Of a DNA stretch of 64,000 nucleotides, positions 39,189 to 53,626 are shown piece by piece. The stretch is from Enoplolaimus lenunculus (lineage: Eukaryota): NCBI GenBank assembly GCA_030248215.1, contig JASANG010003525.1, positions 124,001-188,000 of the forward strand, written 5' to 3'. A program made the translations under genes and the position numbers. The notes beneath the pieces are model-generated. The model saw nothing but the letters and a program-made list of their open reading frames with translations. It did no database searches and was not told the DNA's origin. Numbering within the stretch: position 1 is the first letter of the stretch; the number at the start of each line of letters is the position of its first letter.

Positions 39189-40454
39189 TAACATTTGTCA
39201 GCTCCAAAACTTACATTAAACCAGCCCACATCGTGATTCTCTTTAAATTAATAAGAGAATCAAGCCAGTCCTTGACCAAAAAGCGCTCCATGAAACTTTC
39301 ACGATAATGAAAATTTAGACTCCAACCTGTCAGCTTGTTTACCTAATTTAAAGTAGTAATACATAGTGAAGCTCTGCTCAAGACGTATTGTTTATCCTAC
39401 AAAGTCTGCCGCTTTTTCAAACAACAAAAGAGAGACGTTATTGGTGCGATTTAAATTATTTATTAACTGCCCGATGCAAACTGAATTCAAAATATAATTA
39501 ATTTGTGATGTTTTCGGTGTCGCAAGGTATCAAAACGAAACAGAATACAAGAATACTCAATAATAAATTGCACTAACGTCGTGAAAGCCCTCATTTTTTG
39601 GCACCAACAACACCAAAAAACGTGCGAAATTCAAAAAGATGTATAACTCAAATGACTTATTAGTGAAATAATTACATAGCTAGTGAGCAAAGAAAAATTT
39701 TGTTTGATTGATCACGGGAAAGAAAGTTCACAGCGAAACAGATGTAATTACGACGATGACAATATGGTCAGAAAGGTGTTTTGGAGTGAAAATGAACCTG
39801 TGCCGCGTCGTCTTTAAAGATTTACGGCAGCCGACTAAATCGAAGATTTCAATATAAAGCTACAAAAGAAAGCCGAATAGTTACTTGGTTTATTAGCTAA
39901 CAAGTCGGTCAGTCAAAGGAAATATTTTAATTGAAGCCGATTTTTGATTATTATTGTAAACGGAATTTGTCGTTTTGTAAACGAAACTAAAGTAAGGTTT
40001 CAAAATAACGCTATAGATTCGGCAAAATACATACCCTTGATGTTGACGGGTTATAGTTAGCCTATTTGCTGATAAGCTCTTGCCGTGTAAAGATCAGGGG
40101 CGGAACGCTTTTCCGTGATGCTGTCATAGAGTAACCTTAAACTTTAGACTAATTTTTGTTTAGGCTTAGAAATATGCTTATACAACTGTTACGGGCCCTG
40201 TTCTGCGCATTGGGCTAAGATGCGAAGAACTTTTTACATATAGGGTGAATGTTTGTGTAGACATGAGAGGTATGTACCGCAAACAGCACCCCTAGATGGA
40301 TTGTGCAATAAATCACGCTGTGCTTGAATGATGCACCGTTCCCTGTATAATTTTAAAGTCTGCCACAAAATGTGTCATAAGGTAGAGTTAACGCGTGACA
40401 AATTTCAAATTTGTCACACGGTAACGGTAACACCCGTAATTTTGAAAATACCAT

Positions 40455-41242
40455 CAGTTGAAATTTTCCGCGAAATATTTTTGTTTGAAATTCACCTGAA
40501 TTAAAAAAAGTTTTAAAATCCCAGCAGTTGAAATTTTCCGCGAAATATTTTTGTTTGAAATTCACCTGAATTAAAAAAAGTTTTAAAATCCCAGCAGTTG
40601 AAATTTTCCGCGAAATATTTTTGTTTGAAATTCACCTGAATTAAAAAAAGTTATAAAATCCCAGCAGGTGAATTTTCCCTTTTTACCCAAAAAAGAAACC
40701 CAGCAGATTGAAATTTTCCGCGAAATATTTTTGTTCGAAATTCACCTGAATTAAAAAAAGTTTTAAAATCCCAGCAGTTCGAAATTTTCCGCGAAAATAT
40801 TTTTGTTTGAAATTCACCTGAAATAAAAAAAGTTTTAAAATCCCAGCAGTTGAAATTTTCCGCGAAATATTTTTGTTTGAAATTCACCTGAATTAAAAAA
40901 AGTTTTAAAATCCCAGCAGTTGAAATTTTCCGCGAAATATTTTTGTTCGAAATTCACCTGAATTAAAAAAAGTTTTAAAATCCCAGCAGTTGAAATTTTC
41001 CGCGAAATATTTTTGTTTGAAATTCAACTGAATTAAAAAAAGTTTGAAAATCCCAGCAGTTGAAATTTTCCGCGAAATATTTTTGTTTGAAATTCACCTG
41101 AATTAAAAAAAGTTTGAAAATCCCAGCAGTTGAAATTTTCCGCGAAATATTTTTGTTTGAAATTCACCTGAATTAAAAAAAGTTTTAAAATCCCAGCAGT
41201 TGAAATTTTCCGCGAAATATTTTTGTTTGAAATTCACCTGAA
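40455..41242. repeat. Minisatellite, ~70-bp unit x ~11
   Basis: Repeated cagttgaaattttccgcgaaatatttttgtttgaaattcacctgaattaaaaaaagttttaaaatcccag. Confidence 0.95.
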
Positions 41243-42853
41243 AAAGAATGTAAGCTATAAATTAAAGTTTTCGGCACGATATCGATTATATTTTTGTTTA
41301 TAATGTAAAATTTTCACTCTCGTTGTACAAATAGAGCATTTTTCATCGTAAGGGGTAAACGGTCTATGTAAAGATCAGGGGTGGAACGTTTTTCTGCGGG
41401 ACTGCAATAAAGTAAGCTTAAACTGTTAGATTTTTTTGCTTACGCTTGGCTTAGGTATGATTTCAATCTTGTGCTTTGGGTTAGGCTTATGAATATGCTT
41501 ATACTACTGTTACGGACTTATTCTATAGATTTGCTGGGGCATATTCAAATTGACCCATTGTATAATTCCCCTATGGGTTCTAGATCTGAGGTAGCGTAGT
41601 ACGCCGTAGTATGACTTCGCCCTAAGAATGTATGCTAATCATGCAACTAACAGTTGCCATTATATGTCTAAAACAGATACACATAAAGAATATCAACATT
41701 TTAATTAGTTTAATTTGTCTAAAATATAAATTTCAATCTGTCGTTGCAACCTGCTTTGTAGTCTGTACAAAACTAAAGTCTGTCTGGTGTTGTTTTTGTC
41801 TGCATCAGGCTATTTTTTTGGTTCAATATTAATATTTGATGATTAGTGAACCTAACAGGTTTATGAAATAATGAAGACTTTCATAGTTTTGAGGGTAGAA
41901 TTTGTACTAAACAAATCCCGTCGCAGTATTGGTTCTAGGAATTTCAAATTGGCTTGTTATACTGTAAACCGGCAAGTTGAAAACAAAGCAACATCTAGAA
42001 ACATGAATAAGAAACGTGAAAAAACATTCAATAGAAAACGTGAAAACAAATGATTTAAGATTTGTTTAACCAAATGTAGTGAAATAATAAGATTAGGCTT
42101 GTAGTCAGAAGAGACTACGAAGGTTCAGCCATCTGTAGGACTATGCAGACCCTCCAGAAATAATTAATAGCACTTTTTGTAAGGTCATATATAATCGTCA
42201 CAATATGCCCCTCCTAAAGCTTTGACACTTTAGTTTCTTAGCAAAGTTTGGTTAATCGACAGCCAAACTTATTCCATGCACACAGGATTTATATTGTTAC
42301 ATTATCACATGCTTAGGTTTAGGTTAAAGCTTAAACTTAGACTTATTCTCATTCAGACTTATTTTTAAGCTTAGGTTCGTTATGAGTGCGGGTGAAACTT
42401 TGGAAACTTTGTACGGGGTGGGCAGCTTAACAAGGTTAAGTTTAGGCTTAAACTTTAGGCTAATTCTCATTCCGGCTTATTTTAAAGCTTAGGTTCGTTG
42501 TGGTTGCGGAACTTATACGGGGTGAAAAGCTAAACAAACACCGATCGTATATTTGGTTATAATCTTAGCAATTTTTAGTCTTACGGAATTATTAAGAGAA
42601 ATGGCATGAAGATCCTGAAGAAGCAAAAAAGGTGTGAAAAATGAAAGAAAAACCACTGAAACAGCGTAGAGATTTGTTCCAAAAATTCATGTGTGTTTTG
42701 TTGCAGAATGTTTCAAAAACAAAGAAATCTCGACGAACACACAAAATAAAAATAAAAAACTACAAAGATGATAGCAAGGTTGTGGCCGTTCAAAAGTATG
42801 TGAAACGTATATAAACCTAGAACGAAAAACATTAACAGGTAAACAGAACCGTT

Positions 42854-43056
42854 GGCATATGTAAAGAACAGGGGCGGAACAGTATTATAAGCTTATTCCT
42901 AAGCCTAAGCCTAAGCCGAAACCTAAAGCGTAAGAATGTGTTTATTTCTAACCCTAAGCCTAAAACCTAAGCCAAGCAAGCAAATTGGTCTCAAGCTTAA
43001 GCTTATTCTATTCAAGTCCACAGAAAAACGTTCAGCCTTTTATCTTTACATGGACC
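42854..43056 (+). mobile_element. Family C MITE with perfect 8-bp TSD GAACCGTT
   Basis: TSD at 42846-42853 and 43057-43064. Confidence 0.8.
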
Positions 43057-43195
43057 GAACCGTTGAACTAGAGAGATGAGCCTAAAAAATGTAATCTTGC
43101 TGTGAAATATCTAAAAGGCAGAACATATACCAAACATGTCTCTAAAGAAATATTGTGTTTAAACGTAGAAAAAGTACGAGATCGTAAAATATTGT

Positions 43196-43520
43196 ACTGT
43201 ATTGACCCGAATAAAAGACTGGACTGATATTTATTTGGCCTCTCGAGAAGGTACTTCCGGTTATTCGGTTACGGACTGTTATTTATTTTAAACCCGCTAT
43301 TCGCCGCTCTTCGTTATTGATATATATCCGGTACTGCAAATATTCGTTGAATTAAACGTTTATTTGTCTTATATCAATAGCTTGAGCGATAATAAATGGT
43401 TTAGTTAGGAATGTACTTTTAAACCTTAAGAATGGTTTAACGATTCGAACTCAACTTTATTTAGTCCTGGAGTCATTTATGCACTACAATTAGGGATAAT
43501 TGACATTTATGGCCTATTAA
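43196..43520 (+). mobile_element. Family A MITE, 3'-truncated
   Basis: Left TIR ctgtattgacccgaataa plus core. Confidence 0.7.
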
Positions 43521-45335
43521 CATCAATATCAGAAAAAATTATAATACTATAATATATATTATATGTACATATATATGCTACAAAGAAGTATCAAAACTTC
43601 GGCCCATGTTACTTTAAGGGGCGTCCAGGTTTCTGATGGGTTCATAAAACAGTAGGTTTAGACTCTAGATTACATTTTTTGCTTAGACTTAGGAATACGC
43701 TGAATCAACTGTTACACCCCTTAAAGTCATATTGGCCAAAATTTCTACGGCTGGTATGCATCGGTAGGTCACAGTCAGCTCTTAATTGCGTCCAAATTCT
43801 GTATGGGAACAGGCACTTGAATTTAAAATACTTTTTTCAGCGAATATGTCCTGAAATTAAATTTCTGTCTAATGCTGGTATTTTTATCTTTTCGTAGTGG
43901 CAACTTCTTCTCGAATATGTTGTTGTAACTTGAGCAAAAATTAGTATTCCAGTCCATACCACCTTTACGGATACAAACGTGAAATGCAAGGACGTACGTC
44001 AGTTGATCCGAAACAGCTTAGATAACTATTCTCAAAAGTATTTAACACCTAGTGATGCCTTTATAAATTAATTTCCGTATTAAAAGTACTGTCTGACGTT
44101 TATATACCACTAATTAAAGGTTACAAAATTGGGCTGTAATGTGTAGAACAAGATCGTAACTGTAGTATAAACGTATTCCTAAACCTAAGCCTTAGCCTAA
44201 GCAAAAAATCGTCTACAGTTTTAGTTTATTGCAGTCCCGCAGAAAAACGTTCCACCCATGATCTTTATTGACCGAAAAGTGGCACAAAGGATTTTCTTGA
44301 AAATGTAACCAAAGGAACCAGTTACTTTTATAGCGTTGACTATTGCAAAAATGGTGATTCCACCAAGCGCATGTAAGTACGTTTCTGGGTCTTTTTACGT
44401 TTATCTCGTCCACACAAAATAACGTTTCTAATAATTACGAAAGAATTTGTTACATTTAACAAATATAATTAGTAAGACGCACTTCAAAAGTATTTCTGTT
44501 ACAACAGAAACATTTTCAAAAAAGTTTTGAAATAAAGGCTGAAAATTATTGTATTAAAAGAAAAGAAACGTTTGCTTGTTGTTTTTTTAGAAAAATTGTC
44601 TTAAATTTTGTCCGGCACACGCGTAACGATGTTTTGTGTTAATAGCGCTTGCCTTTATTTTTCGTCAAAAGCATTCCAAGCTCATCCACGTTGACTTATA
44701 GGTCTTAAAATTAAAAATACTATATGATCTGAATATACTATAAAAACAATGCTATACTTGTACAAATTTAAAATCAAACTACTTTGAGTTAAAATATACT
44801 ATTAAAAGTCTATAAATAGAGTATATATTAAAAACCGAAAAAGCTGCCGATAATAGATCTTAAGCATACTGGTAAAGTGATGATATTATGCTGGCTCCCA
44901 TACACATGTTCCGTATAAGATTAATGTTTCAGTTTTACGTTTTAGGAATCATATGACAACAAGAAGGCTCCTAAGAACTTTTGTAGACAGCTGAATTGTT
45001 AGCTGATGCAACCGGTACCCGGCTGAAAAATATAGGTCCACCTCTCTCGAAAAGAATTCTCAAACGTTACAAAATTTATGTTTGGCGTGTTTCGTATTAA
45101 AAAATTTGGCATAATTTTCAGGAAAGAATTATACCGAGATTTCGTCAAAAAAATATTAAGCATAAAACAAAACGATTTAACAATACATTACAGATATTTG
45201 CTAAAATTAACCAATTCAACGCTCTTTTTAACTATATATTTTAGCCTCACATCCGGCTTCACATACAGCTCTGGCTCTGGAAAGTTTGGTTGATTTCCGG
45301 TCCGGTATTTTGCATCTCCAGTTGCACCCTGTATA

Positions 45336-46566
45336 CCAGTCGTAGTGGGACTACATTTATTGAGCGAAGCTCGAACACACGTAAGCAATTAAGGTAATAT
45401 GCAAATTAGTTGTTAGCTAACTATTCATTTGTCGGTTTTGGAGGTTTGTAAACAATTTGCTCAGATTCCTCGCACCCAAAAACCCTTCAGCCACCTAATA
45501 ATTTTTGGAATAATTTAAAAAGTCCTAATATTGTCTTGTCAATTAAGCTAATATGCAAATTAGCTATTAGCTAACTATTCAATTATCGGTTTTGGAGGTT
45601 TGTAAACAATTGATACAGATTCCTCGCACCCAAAAACCTTCAGTAAACCCTAATAATTATTGAAATAATTTAAAAAGTCCTAGTTTTGTTTTGTCAATTA
45701 AGCTAATATGCAAATTAGCTATTAGCTAACTATTCAGTTACCGGTTTTGGATGTTTGTAAATTATTTATTCAAATTCCTCGCACCTAAAAACCCTTTAGT
45801 GCTGAAATTATATTGATTTTATCCTTAATAATTAGTGAAATATTGTAAAAAGTCCTAATTTAGGCTTATAAACTAAGTCCTAATTTAGGCTTATAAACTA
45901 TGCTAATATGCAAATTGTCTATTAGCAAACTGCTCAATTATCGGCTTTGGAGGTTTGTAAACAGTCTCCGCGGATTCCTCGCAACCAAAAACCTTTTAAT
46001 GCTAAAAATAGATTGCTTCTAACTGTAATAATTAGTGAAATATTGTGGAAAGACCTAATTTAGGCTTAATTATTATGCAAATTAGCCTGTAGCTATTAAA
46101 CGGCTAAAAATTTTAAAACCCCAATGCGAGGTTAACACCCCAGGATAATTGCCTTTCAAATAAAAAAGATTATCAAAATCGGTTGAGTCGTTCCTGAGAT
46201 TCTTTTCGGACGGACAGACGGACAGACGGACAGACGGACAGACGGACAGACGGACGGACAGACGGACAGACGGACGGACGGACGGACGGACGGACGGACG
46301 GACAGACGGACGGACGGACGGACGGACGGACGGACGGACGGACGGACGGACGGACAGACGGACAGACGGACGGACGGACGGACGGACGGACAGACGGACA
46401 GACGGACAGACGGACAGACGACGGACAGACGGACAGACGGACAGACGGACAGACGGACAGACGAACAGACGGACAGACGGACATCCACCTTTCGACCCAC
46501 AAGTACAAAACATAAAACGCTTCGCGAAACTCCGAGCTTCGCTCGAAGTTTCGCTTCGCTCAATAA
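45336..46566 (-). mobile_element. Non-autonomous Helentron / DINE-1-like element (HINE)
   Basis: 14-bp subterminal inverted repeats TTATTGAGCGAAGC (45357-45370 / 46553-46566), GTCY microsatellite 46208-46482, ACCGATTTTGAT core, terminal hairpin GTAGT-CCC-ACTAC (45342-45354), internal tandem ~160-bp units. Confidence 0.75.
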
Positions 46567-46972
46567 CCTACTAAGCTTACTTAATAGAAAAATGTGCTTG
46601 GAAAAATTGTGTTGCAGAACCTGAGTAAGTATGCTTCTTAGGAAACAGATGTAAAAGAGGTAAACAATGCATAAAAACGTTAAAATTGGGTGAAATTTGC
46701 AATTTGTAAACATTAAAATGTTTGGTGTCTGAGTACGCCACTACGCAAAACTCTCAAAGTGGTTCCAGCTCCCTGGCCGCAGCCGCATCGATATTCGATT
46801 GTACTTCACGGCACTATTGTTTTTGGACAGTGGGAGAATATCCGGCGAATATCCGGACATGTACATGTTAACTTCGGATATGTATCCGTGCCAGTGTTAA
46901 TCATACCGGCCTACCCATTGGGAGGCTATGGAACTGCGGGATTTGCAGTCAGAGAAGCTTAGACTTAGACTA

Positions 46973-47173
46973 CACTGCAAAACAATGGTGAGTTAAATTG
47001 ACTCTCTCCGAAATAGGCGTTTCCTGAGTACACAAACTGAGCCAAAATTCGACTCCGTCAGAGTCAAATTGAGTCGAATTTGACTCAGGCGGAGTCGAAT
47101 TTTGACTCAGTTTGTGTAGTCAGGAAAAGCCTATTTCGGAGAGAGTCACTTTGACTCACCATTTTTTGAAATG
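46973..47173. mobile_element. Family B MITE
   Basis: TA|CACTGCAAAA... palindrome. Confidence 0.75.
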
Positions 47174-47266
47174 TAAAGCTTAGGCTAAGAATTATGCTTG
47201 TGTTTAGGCTTTGGCTTAAGCTTAGGCTTAGGGTAAGGTTTAGGCTTAAGCTTATAGTCGGGCATA

Positions 47267-47478
47267 CACTGCAAAAAATTCTCGGTCAAATTGACTCTCT
47301 CCGAAATCCCATTTTCGGGACTTCACAAATTGAGTTAAAATATTCGACTCCACCAGAGCAAAATTCGATTCATTGAGTCGCACGATTCACTCTGGCTGAG
47401 TCGAATTTGACTCAGTTTGTGTAGTCACGAAAAGCCTATTCCGGAGTGAGTCAATTTGACTTTCCATTTTTTGCAGTG
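47267..47478. mobile_element. Family B MITE
   Basis: TA|CACTGCAAAAAA...TTTTTGCAGTG|TA. Confidence 0.8.
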
Positions 47479-49303
47479 TAGCTTTAAGAAGTACACTCAT
47501 AACATGGGCCCATATCCAGGTATGCGTAACATCATATTCGAATAATAGAAGGCTTACTAAGCAAGTGTTAGGTTAAGGGCAACCCAACTCCCGCAAAACG
47601 AGTATTTTTCAAATCGTCTGGTTGGAGGCGAGACAAATCGGTAACTCAATCTTATGGGTTATCAGAATCTAAATGCTGAACAGGCTTGACATTAAGTGGT
47701 ATAAGCTGAAAATAAATCTTGCAAAAGTAAGTTATAAAATAAACAGCTTATCCGTTTAAAGGTTAACTTAAATTTAATGCTAAGCGTGCTACAAGCTGGG
47801 CCCGTATTCTCAAATGTGTGTAGCACCTATAACCAGTTGTTGATATGTCCTTTTGAACCAGGGAATGCTGAGGCTCAAAATTTAGCATATTTTTTCGCAT
47901 ATATTTTATTCTACTGTACCTGTACCAATTTTGAGTTCAACAACTGCAACAGTTAATGAGCATGAAGACGAGCTAGAAACTGAAGACAGTTGCTATACAC
48001 ATTTGAAAATTTGGGAGTCTTAGACTTAACTTTGATTTAATTTAACAACTATTTTAAGTCAAATACTGATTTGGATATCTAACGAATCTAAACATTTTTA
48101 AATCAAACGACCAAAATTTTCACAAAATCCTTTTCATTATCTTATAAACAAAAATAAATCTACTTTTGTCACCGGGTTTTTGCTCTTTTTGAATTGAATA
48201 ATAAATTTCGTGCGAAGTTTGCGATAAATATTTTAATTAAGAAATCACAATTGAACGCTTCGGTTCAATGAAACTTTGTGCCAGTTTCAAATTTCTCATT
48301 ATATTTTTCAATTTAAAACGTTTTATCGCCATTATACACAGCATCCGGTGTAACACTGCCGATAAGCATGCGTTGCATTCGGTAAACATCAAATTTTGCT
48401 CGTTAACTTGAAGGTTGACTAAAACGGAAATAAATTTTGAACCTTTCGTATTTTTTACCCCGCATAATAAAATTTACACCCCTGCATAGAAAAATTTTTG
48501 TTCGGTTTTCAGGGGGGCTATGCCCCACACTTGAACAACGCACAATTTCAAGGATCCTAAGCAGGATGGGGATTACTTGACCTAACTCCCACGCTGAACA
48601 ATTTATTATTGGAACAGCTAAAATTGCTATGAAGTATTTTATATTGTGGTTTTGTCGCTCCAGTATGGCACCAGCATAGTGCGGGGGAGGGCGTGTGTGG
48701 GACCGCAATCAAAGCAGTGCTTATGGTCCGTTTAAATTGTGGAAGGTTCAAGGGAGACAACCCCGTAAATGTCTTAAAGTTTTCTTGCATTGTGCTCCAA
48801 CAATTACTTGGAGTATGGTAAACGAAAAATTTAACACTGGAATTTGAACAATAACAAAAGTAAACTTTCCACTTACCTCTAACAAAATCATCATAACCAC
48901 TGCGATAAAACTCACCACAGCCTGTTGACATGCGATTGTGTAATCTTCAAACGTCGAACCAATTTCTGCAATGAATGCTTCACTGCGAAGTAAAATTTCG
49001 TGAAAATATTATAATAATTTTAAGATAAACAATCGTGGAAAGTTTAATTTTACGACAAAAACTATTACTTTTTATACTGAAATGACAAATTGTGACTGAG
49101 AAACTTTGAAATGCGGAACAAAGCGTTCGAAAACATTATCGGTTTCGGTACAATTTCTAATTTAAAAACATTCATATAACACATATCTCTTAAATTCCAC
49201 TATGCGTCCAACCTGGCGTGAGCACTAGGATTATAGTATTCATAGTCAAAAACTATCATTCATCATATTGAAATTCATGGAACCGCTTTTACTCTGTCAT
49301 TGT

Positions 49304-49389
49304 CAGGGCCGGAGCAGACACCCCCCATACCCCCCATTTGGTCCTCCCACCCCAAAAAGGGGCCTCCATCCTAGTCTACTCAGGCACTG
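49304..49389. mobile_element. Very short hAT-type MITE
   Basis: CAGGGCCGGAGCAGAC/GTCTACTCAGGCACTG, TSD GTCATTGT/GCCATTGT. Confidence 0.7.
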
Positions 49390-49649
49390 GCCATTGTTCA
49401 TATTGTTTAATCTCTGGAGGTATATATTTTTTATTTCATATCGTTCTCGTAATTTTGGAACCAGCCAATGAAAAACTTCCGAATTCGATACATTTTTCAC
49501 TGTTAATGGTGTGCCCTCCTGTAAGCTCAGTTAGGGATCCGACTGTGTCATAGGTTGCTTGAGTTGAAAATGTATTGCTAACCAGTCATAGATGCTATAC
49601 AGCAAAGAATATTTTAAAATTCGGGCTTTTCCTGTTCGTTAAACTGAAT

Positions 49650-49878
49650 GGTTCATGTAAAGATCAGGGGCGGAATGTACGACTGCAGGACTGCAATAGA
49701 CTGTATAAGCTTAAGCCTTAGACTAACATTTTGCTCAGGCTTAGGCTTGGGTATAAGCTTATTTTTACGCTTATGCTGTAGGCTTAGGTATTAATAGCTC
49801 ATTCTTACGCTTAGGCTTAGTCTCAGGAAAGGAATATGCTTATACTACTGTTACGGCCCTGTGTTCTATTCATTGGCC
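49650..49878 (-). mobile_element. Family C MITE
   Basis: Termini and TTAGGC core. Confidence 0.7.
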
Positions 49879-51298
49879 AATTAAACCGACAGCAAACAGG
49901 TTAATAGCAAATTTCGGTTTAGAAATTTAAAAGCTACACTATATATACATACCTGTGGAACGTTGGGAAAATGTACTCAATACTTCAGCAATACAGCAAT
50001 TCACAATGTTTTAGAATGGCATACATGTTTACCGCTGTTGAAAAACGCAGCAACGAGCATTTCTAATGTTACTTCAATTAATATTAAATATAAAATATAA
50101 CATTTAAGACAAGCAATGAGTGAAAACGACTTTTGATATTTATTACTGCCTCATATCAGCTTCAGGTTTCTTTAGATAAAGGGCTTATATATAATATATA
50201 TATGTATGTATGTATGTATGGATGTATATATATAGATAGATAAATATATACGACACTGTCTGATTGAGCCATCGTTATAAAGATTTGTCTATTTTATCTT
50301 TCGAACCAATATTTCTGTTAATGTCCAACCACCGAACCGTATCAGTCCAAAATTCTCGGAATGCCGCGGTCTGTCACAAAATTAAGCCCTACCCCACCAT
50401 TTATAAATTGTTGCAAACGCAACTGATTTGCGTTCACTTATGATACTCATCATTTAGTGAGAACTGATTAAATCTTTGGTGCTCATATATCAGGATAAAC
50501 ACTCGTTCAACTAAACTAACGCCCGTCAAAAATCGACCCAATATTGGATCAGATACCTCCGTCAGAACGAGACCAGTTAATACCAACCTCTAGAAAAATT
50601 TTGCTCATTTCCCAGCGTGAACGTTCGAGTCTCGCCTATAATACAACGAAATCCGCGTGTATACCGCATCTGAAATTATTCACCACCCCCAAATATGGTT
50701 GGCTATAGCTACGGCAATGCTTTAATAAAAAAACAATAGAAAATGTTTTGATAGTAAACTCAACTTAGAAATTGTTATTTCATAATGTTTAATTAGAACA
50801 AAACGCCTATCCAGACTTAGATTTAATCAAGTTTCAAACCAGTAGAAAATATTCTTATTAATATAGCATCACCCTTAAACATATATAACTTTAATAGGCA
50901 ATACTAAAGAGCCTAGATTTTGTATTTACTTTCTAAAAAATAATTGGTTCGTTACTGGCTTATGGCACACTACCGCAACGCTTAAGTATGCTAATTTAGA
51001 CAGACTTAGCTTGTACTAATGTTTTTTACTAATGAAAATGTGTATGTGCCAGCAGTATAGTCATGGGCATCTGATATTGTTTCATATTCGGATATCCGGC
51101 AATTCTTGCCGGATATTTCTCCACATATCTGCATATTCGAAATTAAATTTCCTATTTCGCATATCCGAAACTCGATTATTCGTTTTTGTTGGGTTTCCAA
51201 ACTTCAATTTTTGTTTCTGAAAAAATTGTTATAAATTGTTGCTATATCGGTAATATAATGACCGATAAGTTGATTGCTATGAGCGTGAGATATATATA

Positions 51299-51508
51299 CA
51301 CTGCAAAAAATGGTGAGTCAAAGTGACTCTCTCCGAAATAGGCTCTACGGGACTACACAAATTGAGTTAAGTTCGACTCCACCAGAGTAAAGCTCGACTC
51401 AGTAAGGCACACGTTTGACTCGGGCGGAGTCGAATTTTGACTCAGTTTGCGTAGTCCCGTAGAGCCTATTTCGGAGAGAGTCAAATTGACTCACTGTTTT
51501 TTGCAGTG
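51299..51508. mobile_element. Family B MITE
   Basis: TA|CACTGCAAAAAA...TTTTTTGCAGTG|TA. Confidence 0.8.
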
Positions 51509-52066
51509 TACAATTCAATAAATAGTTATATATTTATTATGCAACTGCTTCAATAGTGCTGGGTATTCCGTATAGAAGATTGCTACTGACTTATAAATAC
51601 ATGCGTTGGCCACCTGAGATTGAGTTGATTTGGTTTGTCTCCGTCCGATTTAAACCACTGCAACAGCGATTCTATCGAATGTCACCTTTCCCTCGAACTA
51701 TATATACATGAGTCGTGTTACTGTCCAAGAACAAAGAACTACATTAAAATGGCTACTCAGAGGTAGTAATTATCATGAATTGGCGTACAAGACTGCGGTA
51801 GGCGCAACTGGATGGCGGTTAACATGTTAACCAGTCGGTTGAAGCATACAAATTTTTTACGTGCGTCCCACGGTCAAACCTGTAACCTATGACCAATTCT
51901 TTTACATCAAAATGGGCAAAAGTTTGACATGTGATCCTTGAAAAATAAATCATTTTAGAGTCTGACGGAGTCTAATTGTGTCTGATCGCAGGATATCAAA
52001 ATGGTTTTCAAAAAACGTTCAAGTTTCAGTCATGAGCTGATTAGTATCACCACTGTTCTAGGAGTA

Positions 52067-52520
52067 CTATAGTGACCCGAATAAGAGGGGGGACTGGACT
52101 GATATGTATTTGGCCTCGCCAAAGGGTACCCCCCTTTTTATTCGGTTACGGACTGTTATTTATTTTCAACCTGCCCTCCGCCACCCTCCTTACTGATATA
52201 AATCCGGTATTGCAACTATCCGTTGAATTAAACGTTTTTTGCCTTGAATCAAAAGCTTGAGCGATAATTCAAAGTTATACTTTCGAATATTACTTACTTT
52301 TAAAACTAAAGTACGCTTTATATAATGTTTCCAACTCAATTTATCTGGTCCTCTAGTCTTTTATGCGCTACAGTTAGAGATAATTGACCTTTATGGACTC
52401 TAGTTAAGGTTTAGGGACTCTATCCACTTACGGATTGTTATTAGGGATACGGACTCCTATTGATTGGGACTCAAAATGGTGACTCCCTTTTATTACCCCC
52501 ATTTATGCGAGCCAATACAG
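52067..52520 (+). mobile_element. Family A MITE
   Basis: Both TIRs, TA flanks and core. Confidence 0.75.
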
Positions 52521-53626
52521 TAGATTTTAAAAAGCAAATGTGTGCAGCATTTATCACCCGTTGAAAAAGTTCTTGTAACTTTTGAGTCAATAAATGATTG
52601 CAGCCCAACAAGCAGGAATTTTCGACAAGGGAGCCGATGTCAACAGCGTTTATAGACGAAGCAAGGAAAGCATAATTAATAGCTATACAATTAAACAGAT
52701 ATTAGCCAAAATTTTTTAACAACGGTTAAAATTACTGTTGTGACACGCGACGAGTATAGTAAAAATTTAATTATCGTGATAAATCCATGAATCCAGCATG
52801 TCTTTAGCGAATATCTGGGCGTGAGAAAATATTTCATTCCCTTCCTTCAATCTAGAAAACGCATACTTGCAAACTCACCGTTTCAAAAAAGTCAACGCTT
52901 AAACCAAACAGACTGTAAATTTGAAGAAATTATAAATTTAATATGGCTGGGTTTCTGTAAGCCTACAGTATAACTTAATACTTAGGTTCGTACTAGTAAC
53001 CACTTAACCATTTTGTGACCTATAATCTGCAGTTATTTGTTGTCCAAAAAGTTAAGTATTTACTTAAGCCGTGACTTAAGTAATTAAGCAAAACTTTAAG
53101 TAAATAAGTAAGATTTCAAAAACCTAGCCCTTATCAATTTAACAAAGTATGGCCAGATTTCTGCAGCCGTGTTTACACCTGGGTGTGTGTAGCACTGGCT
53201 CTAGATACTAGTAAAATAGGTTTTGAAACAAGCGAACTGTGAAAGTATAAATCAAGTGTAACAAAATGTGCTAAATTTTAAAGCTCAAAACTAATTAGCT
53301 GAACGGTTACATGGCTAATAATCAGCAACTGATGGTACGCTCTACTCAAGTTGACCTATATGTAAACATCAGGTGCGGAACGTTTTTCTGCGTGACTGCA
53401 TTATAATACGCTTGAGCTTTAGACTATTTTTTGCTTTGGCTTAGGCTTTAGGCTTAAGAATAAGCTCATTTTTGCACATAGGCTTAGGCTTAGTCTTAGG
53501 CTTAGGAATAAGATCATTATTACGCTTAGGCTTAGGTTTAGAAATAAGCTCATTTTAACGCGTAGGCTTAGACTTCGACTCAGGCTTAGGGATATGCCCA
53601 TACTACCGTTACAGCCCTGTTCTATA

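Noticed and set aside
40455..41242. Second regular array and its ORFs (MNFKQKYF...)
   Set aside because: ~70-bp minisatellite without spacers; the ORFs are repeat translations.
46082..46713. Long SVRP/SVCP-repeat ORFs in three frames
   Set aside because: Translation of the GTCY microsatellite in the HINE element.
48914..48982. Faint resemblance of EAFIAEIGSTFEDYTIACQQA to BART/CFAP36 domains
   Set aside because: Too short, and no flanking exons of that domain were found.
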